From an uncultured Eubacteriales bacterium (lineage in GTDB: Bacteria > Bacillota > Clostridia > Christensenellales > CAG-917), in contig URAF01000002.1 in assembly GCA_900545885.1 (NCBI GenBank), forward strand, positions 89,866 through 153,865: a stretch of DNA of 64,000 nt, read 5' to 3'. Under the pieces are notes generated by a model. It did not search any database, had not been told where the DNA came from, and saw only the letters and a program-made list of their open reading frames with translations. Below, one piece after another: positions 47,055 through 57,800 of the stretch. The stretch's first letter is position 1; the number at the start of each line of letters is the position of its first letter. A program made the position numbers and the translations under genes.

Positions 47055-48431
47055 ATGAAGATAACGTACATTGAATCCGGCGATTTCGACGATGCTGTGA
47101 TTGCATCTTCGCCGAAAGACTATTTTCTGTTTAAGGTGCTTCCCGTGCTTACACGCAGTGCCGCCGTTGGCGTTGTCGTGGGAGTGCTGATTACTCTTTT
47201 CAATTTGCTGCTCGAATTGTCTGCCGATTTTGCCGTGATAGTCGGTGAAGAATTGCAGGAGCATAAGAAGTTCATTGCACTGTATTTTGTGTGCATGATT
47301 TTGATTGCCGTGTTTATGACATGGTTCACAAAGAAAATTCCGGAAGCGCGCGGCAGTGGCATTCCGCGTACGGAAGCAATGATGTGCGGCAAAAAAGAGA
47401 TGAAGTGGTGGACGATGTGCTTTGCCACCGTTGCGGGAAGCTGTGTCTCATTTATTGCGGGCATTCCCGTCGGAGCGGAAGGGCCGTCCGTTCAGTTCGG
47501 CGGTGGTCTCGGTGCGGGAATAGAGGAGTGCGGACGGGGTAGAATTCTCTCTTCTAAGCGCTATGTCGCAAACAGCGGTGTTGCCGCAGGTGTGGCGGGA
47601 GCGTTCATTGCTCCCTTCACGGGAATACTGTTCGTCATTGAGGAAGTGCAAAGAAAGTTCAATCCTTTGATGCTTGCATCGGTGTGCACTTCGGTTATGT
47701 TTGCAATTTCCTTGCGTAACGGACTTGGCGATGCGCTTGGAATGAAAGAAATTTATTTTGAAGCGGCAACACTTTCGGCTGTACCCGGCAATTTCTTGTG
47801 GATATCTTTGATTGCGGGAATTTTCGCCGCACTTGCCGCAAGACTTTTCAACATATCGATACTTGCGACTGATAATCTTTCGGCGAAGTCACGCTTGCCG
47901 CGTTTTGTGCCGTTGGTTGTTTTGTTCGTTATAGTTGCTGTCGTCAACATTTTCGTTCCCGACAACATTGGTGGCGGTACGGTGATCATAAACGGTATTC
48001 TCGACGGCAACTACGATTGGAGCAGATTACTTATGCTGCTTGCAATCAAATTCTGTCTTGTCGTTATGGTTTTCCGTGCGGCACCGACCGGCGGAATGAT
48101 GGTTCCTATGCTGGCATTGGGTGCAATGCTCGGGGCACTTGTCGGATTTATCGGAGTCGCTGCTGGTATGTCGACTGCGTGCGTGCCGGTTGTGGCGCTG
48201 ATAACGATGTGTGCGTTTTTCGGTTCCTGTATAGGTGCGCCGCTCACGGTAGTGGCGTTGTTTGCCGAAACGACGGGTAGAGTGGATTGTCTGTTGCCTG
48301 CCGTGATTGCGATTTTCGTTTCGGCGATTATAAGCAGACTGCTCAAACAACCCGCGCTTTACGACACTTTGTGGGAGCGTGAAATTCATCGCGACGCCAT
48401 GGCGTTTGTGAAATCTTCGGCGACTGAATAA
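47055..48431 (+). CDS. ClC-family chloride channel / Cl-/H+ antiporter
   Basis: Selectivity motifs GSGIP and GAEGPSVQFG (gating Glu present), plus GAFIAPFTGILFVIEE. The start is ambiguous: TTG 47010, ATG 47025 or ATG 47055. I chose 47055 for its GAGG RBS. Confidence 0.85.
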   Translation: MKITYIESGDFDDAVIASSPKDYFLFKVLPVLTRSAAVGVVVGVLITLFNLLLELSADFAVIVGEELQEHKKFIALYFVCMILIAVFMTWFTKKIPEARGSGIPRTEAMMCGKKEMKWWTMCFATVAGSCVSFIAGIPVGAEGPSVQFGGGLGAGIEECGRGRILSSKRYVANSGVAAGVAGAFIAPFTGILFVIEEVQRKFNPLMLASVCTSVMFAISLRNGLGDALGMKEIYFEAATLSAVPGNFLWISLIAGIFAALAARLFNISILATDNLSAKSRLPRFVPLVVLFVIVAVVNIFVPDNIGGGTVIINGILDGNYDWSRLLMLLAIKFCLVVMVFRAAPTGGMMVPMLALGAMLGALVGFIGVAAGMSTACVPVVALITMCAFFGSCIGAPLTVVALFAETTGRVDCLLPAVIAIFVSAIISRLLKQPALYDTLWEREIHRDAMAFVKSSATE

Positions 48432-48576
48432 ATTATGTATGTCAGCGTTGCAAAATTGGGTGTTTTGGTGAGTAAACAAGCGAAAAATTTTTTAATCGCG
48501 AGTAAGTAAACACGAGTTGATTGATTGTTGAGTTCAGACAAAAGTCGGAATAATTTTGTGAAAAGGTGCTCGTTGA

Positions 48577-49872
48577 ATGAGTGGAGTCATGAAAGAGGGG
48601 AAAATGGATATATCAGAAGTCAAAATCATAAACGTATCCGCTGAATTGCAAAAAAAGGCAAAACGTAACGTTTCGAGAAGAAAAGCATTGACCGCGTGTG
48701 TAATACTGCTGGTTGTGGCGATTGCGTTCGTTGTTTTTTTCAGTGTTGTTCTGAATGCGCGGAGTCTAGGTGTGGGGATCGGGAGTACGGACGGCGCGTA
48801 CAAAACCGTACTTGCGAATATTGAAGGCATAAGCGCCGCTAATCCTAAAATAGTGGATATTGCTATGCTCGGAGCGCACGACGCGAATACTGCATCAATA
48901 CAGTACGGCAATCCGCTTGACGGTGAGGGCGAAAACGGTATTTTGGGCAAAGTATATCCCGTGAGCAAAGGTTTCCAGTACCGTTACGCCGTGACACAAA
49001 CGGTTTCGGTCGGACAAATTCTTCTTCAAGGCGCAAGGTTTCTGCATTTGAAATATTCTTACTATAACGGCGATTGGGTTGCTTGCCATTCGATTACGGG
49101 CAGAGCGCTCGAACAAGACGTCGTCGAAGTGCTGCGGTTTTTGGAAGACGCGAAAGGCGAAGTCGTAGTGCTGTTGTTCCAGCCCGGATATTTCGGTGAC
49201 CAGAGTTTCGACACTTTCCACGACTGGCTTGCGGGCGTCACATATAACGGAAAAAATCTGTTTGACTACATATATTACGGAGAGGTCAATACCTACGGAC
49301 TTAACAGAAAGTATGCGGATGATGAGGAAAAAGTCAATCTTTACGACCTCACGTACAACGACGTGACCCAAAACGGAACAAAATCGGGAGTTGTGCTTTT
49401 GGACAGAAACGACGGGGAAACAGATTATAATCATTTTACGGAAAAAAGCGAGTATTCCGACTACTTTTTCGATATGGACAGCAATGCAGAACACGAATGG
49501 CACGATTCCATCGGTGAACAGTCGCTTGTAAACGGTATAAACGATTTTTATTGCGAATTGTCTGAAGATTACTTTGCCGAGTATAAGTTGAGGGTAAATC
49601 AGGCACAGGCGGCGTTTTCGGTTGCATCGGCGGGTGACGTTTTCCGTTCAATCGGGGCGTGGTCGCTTCTGAAATTCGCAGAAGAGTACAACGCAAACTT
49701 GTTGGATAACGAACTGTTTGACGAATGGCTCAAAATGATGCCGATATTCCAGGTGGATTTTGTCAACAGCGATTATAAGGACTTCAACCGTAGGGTAAAC
49801 GAGAAAATCAGGGCACGCAACGTAGAGATTGTGGAAGAGTTGCTTGCGGAACTTGCGGAAGGTGAAATATGA
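48577..49872 (+). CDS. Membrane-anchored protein, possible PI-PLC X-domain-like phosphodiesterase
   Basis: N-terminal TM anchor (ACVILLVVAIAFVVFFSVVL). MLGAHDANT and GARFLHLKYS ... VACHS resemble the PLC-like TIM-barrel catalytic His motifs. The start may instead be the ATG at 48604. Confidence 0.5.
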   Translation: MSGVMKEGKMDISEVKIINVSAELQKKAKRNVSRRKALTACVILLVVAIAFVVFFSVVLNARSLGVGIGSTDGAYKTVLANIEGISAANPKIVDIAMLGAHDANTASIQYGNPLDGEGENGILGKVYPVSKGFQYRYAVTQTVSVGQILLQGARFLHLKYSYYNGDWVACHSITGRALEQDVVEVLRFLEDAKGEVVVLLFQPGYFGDQSFDTFHDWLAGVTYNGKNLFDYIYYGEVNTYGLNRKYADDEEKVNLYDLTYNDVTQNGTKSGVVLLDRNDGETDYNHFTEKSEYSDYFFDMDSNAEHEWHDSIGEQSLVNGINDFYCELSEDYFAEYKLRVNQAQAAFSVASAGDVFRSIGAWSLLKFAEEYNANLLDNELFDEWLKMMPIFQVDFVNSDYKDFNRRVNEKIRARNVEIVEELLAELAEGEI

Positions 49873-50408
49873 AAATATATCTTGTCAGACACGGACAAAC
49901 GGACTTGAATATTCAGAAAAGAATGCAGGGGAGAAAAGGGTTGCCGCTGAACGCCGAAGGTTTGCGGCAGGCTGCCGAAACTGCGGAAAAACTCCGTGAC
50001 GTGAAATTTGACGTCGTTTATTCTTCGCCGCAGGAAAGAGCGGTGCAGACCGCGAAAATCGTATCGCGCGGAGCGGAAGTTCTGACGGACGAACGTTTGC
50101 AACCTTTTGACGTGGGAAGTGCCGACAATCAGGTGATAGACGAAAATATGAAACTCACGGTTGGACTTATCCCCGACACGAGATTTTATACGGGCGTCGA
50201 AGACCCGAAAGCGTTTATTGCAAGGATTTTCGGGTTTATGAACGAACTTGTTTCAAAGTACGGCAAAAGCGACGCGGTTATAATGATAGCGGGGCACAAA
50301 TGTACAACGGGCTGTATCGACTGCTTTTTCAACGTTATGCCGTCGGACGGCGACTTTTTCTCTCGTTCGGTCAAAAACGGACAATTCAGACTGTACGATG
50401 TGGATTAA
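49869..50408 (+). CDS. Histidine phosphatase (phosphoglycerate mutase-like) family protein
   Basis: N-terminal RHG motif in MKIYLVRHGQTDLN. Its start overlaps the upstream stop (ATGA). Confidence 0.85.
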   Translation: MKIYLVRHGQTDLNIQKRMQGRKGLPLNAEGLRQAAETAEKLRDVKFDVVYSSPQERAVQTAKIVSRGAEVLTDERLQPFDVGSADNQVIDENMKLTVGLIPDTRFYTGVEDPKAFIARIFGFMNELVSKYGKSDAVIMIAGHKCTTGCIDCFFNVMPSDGDFFSRSVKNGQFRLYDVD

Positions 50409-50503
50409 TGCATAATTATTCATAATTGCGAATAAAAGTGGCGAAACCACACATAAAATTTTGTTATTGCAAATATTCTGATTGCTATATGCATTAAATT
50501 ACA

Positions 50504-50531
50504 AGAAAAACGCCGCGATTGCGGCGTTTTG
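50504..50531. terminator. Bidirectional intrinsic terminator
   Basis: AAAAA-cgccgc-gatt-gcggcg-TTTT, between convergent genes. Confidence 0.75.
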
Positions 50532-50560
50532 AATTGGTTTTTAGGTAAGTTGCAACTCTT

Positions 50561-51646
50561 TTACAACAAGCCTTTTGATTTGAAAAAGTTTTCGTTGTAG
50601 ACTACGGACGGGTGGTCGGGGTCTATTTCGCGCGCGGTTTTGTGGCATTTCAGGGATTTTTCCGTGTCGCCGAGTTTGTAGTAGCAAAGCGTCAGGTCGA
50701 GTAAGGGCGTCATTGCTCTGGTTTCTGGTGCGTCGAAGTCGCCGAAGTGAGAGTAGTCTTTGGAATTGAGTGCGTTAGAATACCAGAAAGCCGCTTCTTC
50801 CCATTTTTCGTCCGCTTTGAAAAAGCTGCCGATTTTGCAAAGTACGGCTGAGCGCGGAGGTCCGAAACGGAAACTTCTGAACAGCGTTTCGAGTGCGCGG
50901 TCGCGGTCGTTGAGCCGCAGGTAACAGTCCGAAAGGACTTTGCACGCTTCGATTTTGTTTATACACCAGCCTTCTTTCATCGATATCATTGCTTCGAGGA
51001 CGGCGGCAGCTTCGTCGTAAAGCCTGTTGTTGTAAAGCTCGCGGCCATAATAAAACTTGTTGCGGGCGTCCAGAACCATTCCTTTTGAAATGTTTTTCTG
51101 GTAAATTTCGAGGTTTCGCCGTCCGCGTTCTTTGGGCGAACGTCTGTGTTGGATATGGAAATCGGCAAAGTCTATCGTGCCCGACGGAACTATGCATTCG
51201 TGCACGCATCCCAGCCATTGTACTCCTGCCGCAAGCCGAAGTATGCGTTCGCGGTAGAAATGGTAGGTTGTGTTGCCTTTTGCGTCAAAGGAAACGTCGT
51301 AACTGCAAAACAACGCGTCGACGGGTTTTTCTTTGAGTTTTTCTTTGATTTCAATTAGTTTTTTCAGGTTTTCTTCGTTCACGACGTCGTCGGCGTCCAT
51401 CCACATTGCGTATTCGCAGGTTGCTTTGGAAAAAGAGTAGTTCCTTGCCGCCGAAAAATCGTCGCACCATTCGAAATCGTATATCTTGTCGGTGTAGCGT
51501 GCCGCTGTTTCTTTGGTTTTGTCCGTCGACCCCGTGTCGACGATGACGATTTCGTCGGTTGCCGCGCATACGCTGTCAAGGGCGCGTGCAAGTACGTCTT
51601 CCTCGTCTTTTACAATCATACAAAGCGATAATGTTATTGAGCTCAT
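50561..51646 (-). CDS. Family 2 glycosyltransferase with C-terminal TPR repeats
   Basis: [14 protein letters not shown] ... VIVDTGSTD ... DADD (DxD) marks a GT2 N-domain. The C-half has TPR-like repeats ([25 protein letters not shown]). The ATG at 51646 has a GAGAGG RBS. Confidence 0.85.
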   Translation of the reverse strand: MSSITLSLCMIVKDEEDVLARALDSVCAATDEIVIVDTGSTDKTKETAARYTDKIYDFEWCDDFSAARNYSFSKATCEYAMWMDADDVVNEENLKKLIEIKEKLKEKPVDALFCSYDVSFDAKGNTTYHFYRERILRLAAGVQWLGCVHECIVPSGTIDFADFHIQHRRSPKERGRRNLEIYQKNISKGMVLDARNKFYYGRELYNNRLYDEAAAVLEAMISMKEGWCINKIEACKVLSDCYLRLNDRDRALETLFRSFRFGPPRSAVLCKIGSFFKADEKWEEAAFWYSNALNSKDYSHFGDFDAPETRAMTPLLDLTLCYYKLGDTEKSLKCHKTAREIDPDHPSVVYNENFFKSKGLL

Positions 51647-51722
51647 TCGCACCTCTCTTACGGTTTATTTATATGATGTAAGAGAAAGGTTTGTTGTTTA
51701 CATAAAAAAGGAGGAATCAAAT

Positions 51723-52508
51723 ATGGCGATAAACAGAATTTGCAGTGTGTGCAGGTGCTATCCTTGCCGCTGTAATCAGACGCAGACCGTCGCTCCGAGA
51801 TGCAATCCCTGTTGCGCGGGACCGACGGGTCCGACAGGTCCGCGAGGTCCGATAGGTCCGCAAGGCAATACGGGACCGACGGGTCCTTCTGCGGTCACCG
51901 TAACCGTCGGCAACACCATTACGGGCGATCCCGGTACCAATGCGTCCGTAACCGAAACTACAGGTCCGAACGCCGTTCTTACTTTCACCATACCGAGAGG
52001 CGACGTAGGACCGACGGGTCCCACCGGTCCTACCGGTCCGACAGGACCTACGGGGCCGACAGGTCCGCAAGGCCCGCAGGGAACGCAAGGCGTTCAGGGT
52101 ATCCAAGGTCTGCAAGGCGCGCAAGGCGTAACGGGTCCGACGGGGCCTACGGGAGCAACGGGCTCGGCGGGTACTGCAGGTGCAACCGGTCCTACGGGAG
52201 CAGACGGCGCGACGGGAGCTACAGGTCCTACGGGACCCACAGGTGCAACGGGTGCGGAAGGTCCGCAGGGCACACAGGGACTGCAAGGCGATACGGGTGC
52301 CACGGGCGACACCGGCGCAACGGGTGAAACGGGACCGACAGGACCTACGGGAGCAACGGGCCCGACAGGACCTACGGGACCGACGGGGTCTATATCTCCT
52401 GCGGGTGCGGTTGTAGACATCAGTACCAGTGCGGGCACGGAATCCCTTGCCGAAAAAATCAACGAATTGCTTGCTTCGCTTCGCGCAGGCGGCATAATTC
52501 AGAACTGA
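51723..52508 (+). CDS. Collagen-like (Gly-X-Y) repeat protein with a Cys-rich N-terminus
   Basis: AGGAGGAA RBS. N-terminus [31 protein letters not shown]. Two GXY blocks ([16 protein letters not shown]...) are separated by a roughly 45-aa non-collagen insert. The C-terminal tail is short. Confidence 0.85.
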   Translation: MAINRICSVCRCYPCRCNQTQTVAPRCNPCCAGPTGPTGPRGPIGPQGNTGPTGPSAVTVTVGNTITGDPGTNASVTETTGPNAVLTFTIPRGDVGPTGPTGPTGPTGPTGPTGPQGPQGTQGVQGIQGLQGAQGVTGPTGPTGATGSAGTAGATGPTGADGATGATGPTGPTGATGAEGPQGTQGLQGDTGATGDTGATGETGPTGPTGATGPTGPTGPTGSISPAGAVVDISTSAGTESLAEKINELLASLRAGGIIQN

Positions 52509-52524
52509 CAACAACGACAACGGA

Positions 52525-52558
52525 AAAAAGGCAGTCCTTCGGGACTGCTTTTTCTTTT
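52525..52558 (+). terminator. Intrinsic terminator
   Basis: Stem gcagtcc-ttcg-ggactgc followed by TTTTTCTTTT. Confidence 0.85.
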
Positions 52559-52769
52559 GTCTTTGGACTTTAATACTACAATTATTTTAGCGGTTTTTGC
52601 GGAATAATTAAATCTGCGTGGTGTTGTAATGCAAAAATTAATTTTGTTTAAACGTTTTTTCATTGCATAAAAATTAAATTTCGATTTATTAAAAGCGATA
52701 AATTTTGAAATTTATATTGTATTTCCTTGAAAAGTGAAGTATATTTTAGATGATTTAATAAAAATTTAA

Positions 52770-52819
52770 GTTTATTGAAAATTTTATGAAATTAAACCAA
52801 TATTAAATTTTCAATAAAC
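52770..52819. repeat. 15-bp perfect inverted repeat immediately upstream of the response regulator RBS
   Basis: gtttattgaaaattt (52770-52784) is the exact reverse complement of aaattttcaataaac (52805-52819), with a 20-nt spacer. The GGGAGG RBS starts at 52821. Confidence 0.6.
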
Positions 52820-52833
52820 GGGGAGGTTGTTTT

Positions 52834-53505
52834 ATGCGCCTTTTGGTGGTCGAAGACGACGAAAAACTTGCGAAAATTCTGTCTGTTGCGTTGAGTGCCG
52901 TCGGCGACGTCGATATTGCACTTTCGGGTGAAAAGGCTTTGCAGGACGTCGAGAAAACCTATTACGACCTTATTGTTCTCGACCTTATGCTCGGCAGACT
53001 TTCGGGAATGGACGTGCTGAAAGAGGTGCGTCGCACGCATCTTATGCCGATTATCGTGCTTTCGGCGCTCAGCGACATTGACAAGAAAATCGACTGTTTC
53101 CGTCTCGGAGCGGACGACTATATGACAAAGCCGTTCGCAAGAGAAGAACTTATGGCGCGCGTAGAGGCCTGTTTGCGTAGAACGGGCGGCAATTTCAGCA
53201 GTACCTATTACAAATTCGGCAATATGGAAGTCAACTACGTCAACAAGATGATGACGGTTGACGGCAATTACGTGCCGATGAACCGTAAAACGTACGAAAT
53301 CCTCGAACTTCTTGTCCGAAACAAAGAAATAATAATGACCAAACAGCAGATTTTCGACAGAATTTGGGGATACTATTCGACGACGGGACCGTCCGTTATC
53401 GAAATCAACATTTTCAGACTGAGAAAAATACTTGCGGAGTTCGGACTTGACGCGCATCTCAAAACCATAAAAGCCACGGGCTATATGTGGACGGAGAAAA
53501 TCTGA
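52834..53505 (+). CDS. OmpR/PhoB-family response regulator
   Basis: Receiver domain (VVEDDEKL ... VLDLMLGRLSGMDV ... KP) plus a winged helix (MNRKTYEILELLVRNK ... ATGYMW). Confidence 0.9.
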   Translation: MRLLVVEDDEKLAKILSVALSAVGDVDIALSGEKALQDVEKTYYDLIVLDLMLGRLSGMDVLKEVRRTHLMPIIVLSALSDIDKKIDCFRLGADDYMTKPFAREELMARVEACLRRTGGNFSSTYYKFGNMEVNYVNKMMTVDGNYVPMNRKTYEILELLVRNKEIIMTKQQIFDRIWGYYSTTGPSVIEINIFRLRKILAEFGLDAHLKTIKATGYMWTEKI

Positions 53506-53506
53506 T

Positions 53507-54748
53507 ATGGTTAAAATCGACAAGGACATAAAAAAACGTTGGCTTACGTTTGCGCTTGTGACTTTCGTGCTGATTGTCCTGCTGTTCGGGGCAATTTTCG
53601 CGGGGTTTGCCGCAAGCGTCATTACGGCACAGCGCAACGAACTGGAAAACGGAATGCGCGATTATGCGTCCGAATTGCGCGGACTTGGCGTTGACGAACT
53701 ACGCAGAGTGTGCGCGGAGCAGACCGTGTACATCGACGAAAATCCGTCATATCTTTATGCGCTTTACACTTTGCGTGACGACGGTAGCGTGGGGATTGCC
53801 ACACCGTCGGATTTTCTGAAAACCAACACGCCTTCGCTCGGCGGTCGTACGGAGCAGTTCCGCGTCGAAAGCGTGGCAGGGCACAGCTTCCTTTCCTATA
53901 CGGTGGCTGTCGGAACTACGGGACGCGATTATCTCAAAATCTACGCGCCTTACGACGCGCAGCAATCGGCTACGGAACTTGTGAAACTCTATTGCATTCC
54001 GTTTGTCGTGTGTTTCGTGATACTGGCGGCGGCGTTCAGTCTGATATGGGGTTATCTTGCAATCAAACCCATCATGAGCGGCTATGTCAAACAGAAGAAT
54101 TTCATCAACGATATGTCGCACGAAATCCGCACCCCGCTTGCCGTAATCAAAGGCAACATCGAGAATATTCTGGCAACGCCCGACAGCACCGTCGGCGAAG
54201 TTTCGGATATGCTCGAAGGCAGCCTGAAAGAGGTTGACTATATGACCGACATATCCGCGGGATTGCTTAACATAGTCCGCGGACAGAACAAGAACACGGC
54301 AGGCAAGGAAGCGCGAATGGGCGACATCATTGCCGAAGTGGTGGATATGTTTGCCGATATGGCGACGATGAACAACAAGTCGCTTGTTGCAAACCTTGAA
54401 TACTGCGATATGCCTGTCGAGCGCGAGAAGATAAAACAGCTTGCTTCGGTGCTTATCGAAAACTCCATAAAATACACGCGCGAAGGCGACCGTATCAACG
54501 TCAAACTCAAAAACACGAAAGACGGTTGCGTGCTCACAGTGTCCGATACGGGTATAGGCGTACCGAAGAACGAAATCGACAGCATCTTTAACCGCTTTTA
54601 CAGGGGAGAGAACGCAAAAGACATTCCCGGTACGGGGCTGGGGCTTTCCATTGCACAGGCGATTGCCGAAGGTATGGGCGGTTCTATAAAGGCATTCAAC
54701 AACGTGCCGTGCGGTCTCGAAGTTGTGGTTCAACTCAAACGTTCTTGA
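53507..54748 (+). CDS. Sensor histidine kinase
   Basis: Two TM helices flank a roughly 120-aa sensor domain. H-box NFINDMSHEIRTPL, N-box LIENSIKYT, and G-boxes DTGIGV and GTGLGLSIA. Confidence 0.9.
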   Translation: MVKIDKDIKKRWLTFALVTFVLIVLLFGAIFAGFAASVITAQRNELENGMRDYASELRGLGVDELRRVCAEQTVYIDENPSYLYALYTLRDDGSVGIATPSDFLKTNTPSLGGRTEQFRVESVAGHSFLSYTVAVGTTGRDYLKIYAPYDAQQSATELVKLYCIPFVVCFVILAAAFSLIWGYLAIKPIMSGYVKQKNFINDMSHEIRTPLAVIKGNIENILATPDSTVGEVSDMLEGSLKEVDYMTDISAGLLNIVRGQNKNTAGKEARMGDIIAEVVDMFADMATMNNKSLVANLEYCDMPVEREKIKQLASVLIENSIKYTREGDRINVKLKNTKDGCVLTVSDTGIGVPKNEIDSIFNRFYRGENAKDIPGTGLGLSIAQAIAEGMGGSIKAFNNVPCGLEVVVQLKRS

Positions 54749-54852
54749 CCGAAAACACGGTTTATCATATGAATATGCGATGTTAAAGTACTTTTTATAA
54801 GCGTTATGAACATTCGCAAGAGGGAAAACAAAAGGGGAAAGGAGTCGTCAAC

Positions 54853-57800
54853 GTGAAAAGAAAAATCGGATTTTTGTATAAAGCGGCAGTACTTGTGCTT
54901 ATGGCGGTTTTGTTGACTTGCTGTTTTGTGGCGTGCAACAAAGGCGACGAACTTCCCGACGGCAAACCTACTTCCTGGGAAACCGACCTGAGAGTTGCGG
55001 CGGACAGAATTGCCGAGCACGTAAGACTCAACGGCGGTCTTATCAACATAACGTTCCGCGGCGAGGCTACCGTTGACGGCGGGAAAAAGTTCAGTCTTTT
55101 TGCGGGAATGAACTACAACCTCGAAAATGTCGACGACTCTATGCTTTGTGTGGAACTTGCGGACGAGGACAGAGTGCTTGCGTCTTTGAAGAGCAACAAC
55201 TCCACGTCGTACGTTGACGTCGTACCGAACGACTATATAGGCGACGCGAAATTGCAGGTGCTCAACCTCAACATTTTCGATTTGTTCAACGTGTCGTACA
55301 ACGCCCAGAAACAGGACGGAGTCATCGACGCGTTTTCCGATATGCTGGTCAACCTCGGAATGACGTTCTTCAACGGCGTCAATATAGAGCAGGGCGACGT
55401 TTACGTTTTCGATCTGAACCCCGAATTTGCATCGCAGGGTGAGGAGTATTTCAGAGCCGTTTTCGACGTGTTCGGAAAAACCGTGACGTCGGCGGTTCTC
55501 GGCGCGTTCGGCATAGACGACATTTCCGAACTGTTCGGTATGATTCCCTCGATGCAGGGTAAAGTGGCGTTTGATTTCGGCAACGAAAACGGCGTATCGG
55601 TGACAACCCGCGACCTGGTAGTCGGAGAGGATGCCGTCGAACTTAAAGCGGAGTTTACTGTCGCGTATACGAAAGACGAAACGCTTGCGGATAAATTTCC
55701 TTCCGATTCGTCGGGATATGTTCAGACGAAAATAGGCAACTCCTATATGTCGGGAACAATCAGCCTTTACGGCGGCAGCGACAGACTTATCAAGTACGAT
55801 TACGAACTCAACGCGAACATAGATTTGCTGTCGCTCGTGCTCAACGATTACGACCTTACTAAACTGTCCGAAGACAACTATCTGCATTTCAAAGTCAGCC
55901 ACAAGTGCGACTCGAAATGCGGCAGTTTCTGTACCGAAAGAATAGGCGGTTCGAAAGGTTCCGTATTCGAGATAGGATTTTCGCCAATAGATTTCGGAAC
56001 GTACAACATATACTGTTCCGTCAACGTTTCTTCGATTTTGTCGACGCAGTACGTCGAGAAAATTTCGGAAGAGGCGGGGATGTCTTTGAAATCCGTTCTT
56101 CCCGAATACATGTTATTCGCGTTTCCGCACGAGAAATTTTACCGAGATTCGGTGTTTATGCGGTTGTTTAACGTGTTGTATGCAGACAACCTGTTTAACG
56201 GTGACGATTTCGAGTTGGTCATCGACAATACACAGAGATTTATCGGCGAAACGGACGGAATAATCGGCGAATTGCTTGAACAATTCCTGCACGGTGACGA
56301 TTTCAATGTGGACAAAATGCGGTTTGACATAAAAGAATACCGTTACGGACAGGCATTGCAGTATGACGTTTATAAACAGACCGTTTATATCATTGCCGAC
56401 GATGTTTCCGAAGTCAAGGACTACGGGCAATCCATTCCTATTTTCGGATATTTGTATGTCGTTCCGCTTTCGTGGGAGTACGAGAGTATGAAGACGACTG
56501 CGGACGGAGAGTTGCAACTTACAAATATTTACGATTGGAGCGGCAACCTGCTTCACGGCGTTGACGGCGGCGGAAATTACGTACCGATGAGTCCCGAGGA
56601 GGCGGCCGGACTGCAAGAGTTTTATTTGCATGCAACGTATACAAAATACGACAAAGTGTCTACGGAAGAATTTGCCGCGCGTATAGTCGAGGTTTCGGGG
56701 CTGGATATCAACGACAGAGGAGTGCAGGAAGTCACCCTTAAAGTCGAATATCCCAATCCTCTGCATTCGGGCAAAATAAACGAAGTTTATGAACTTGCTC
56801 ACGACGATTTGTACGTCGAAGTCAAGGCAAAAATAAAACTTACCGATTATGTCGAAAACGGACTGAAATTCTCGCAGAACACGGGTGACAGAAAGTTTTA
56901 CCTTGCCACTTTCGAAAAGGAAGCCCCGGAATTTCTGAAAGCGCAGATTTCCGTCAGGTATGAAAACGGATACGTCAAAACTATGGACGTCATAGGCGAG
57001 TCCGACGCTGTCGTGTTCACCAACAGTATTATTTTGGCGCGCTATTCCATCGTCGAAGCGGGCAGAATAAAGGTAAAATTCAAGGCGTTTAATCAAGTGT
57101 TCGTCAGATATTATGACATAGAACGCCCCGACGAAGTGAGGTTTGAAATCGACGAAGAGGATATCGGTCCTTTCAATGTCGGAAGCACCGTTTATATGTC
57201 TAACCTTACAACACGCGTAAAGATGTATGCAATTTACAACGATATGAACGGTGAGCGTAAAGAGGTCGACGTATTGTTGCGGGCGGGTGATTTTTTCGTC
57301 AACAATATTCCGCTCAGCAACAGTTCGTCCGATTGGCAAAGCAAACCGATAAACGATTACGGCAATTATACCGTTGATTTTTACAAATCGAACAATTACA
57401 ACTGTGTCATCAAGAAACTGGGATATACAAGCGATACATTTGCAATCAGAGTTCTTCCTGCACAAATCAGATATCCTACCTATAAATATGAACAGACTTC
57501 GCCGACGCATTCCTACTGGTTTGTCGACAGCGACTATTCTTTGTCCGGAAAGATAATAAACGAAACGCATGGCGAAACCCCCGACAGACAATCGGATTAT
57601 TCGCTTGAAATCGAAATACTGAAAGGAGAAATCACCGAAAATCCTGTTGGTGGCGGAATGAGTCATGTTGCCTTCCGAGAAGGAAAAGCGGGTGTTGACA
57701 CCGTTACGGGTAAACTTGGTTTCTATTCCGATGGCGCCGACCGACCGTATGCCGTTCTCAACAGCCTGAGTGTTGGCGATGTGCAATCTTCGGGAAACAG

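Noticed and set aside
51800-52400. Highly repetitive GGTCCGACGGG-type 9-nt periodic DNA, with several Arg-rich ORFs in other frames and on the other strand. It could be mistaken for a tandem repeat or CRISPR-like array.
   Set aside because: The periodicity is the Gly-X-Y codon repeat of the collagen-like gene. There are no unique spacers between repeats, and the alternative-frame ORFs are artefacts of the repeat.
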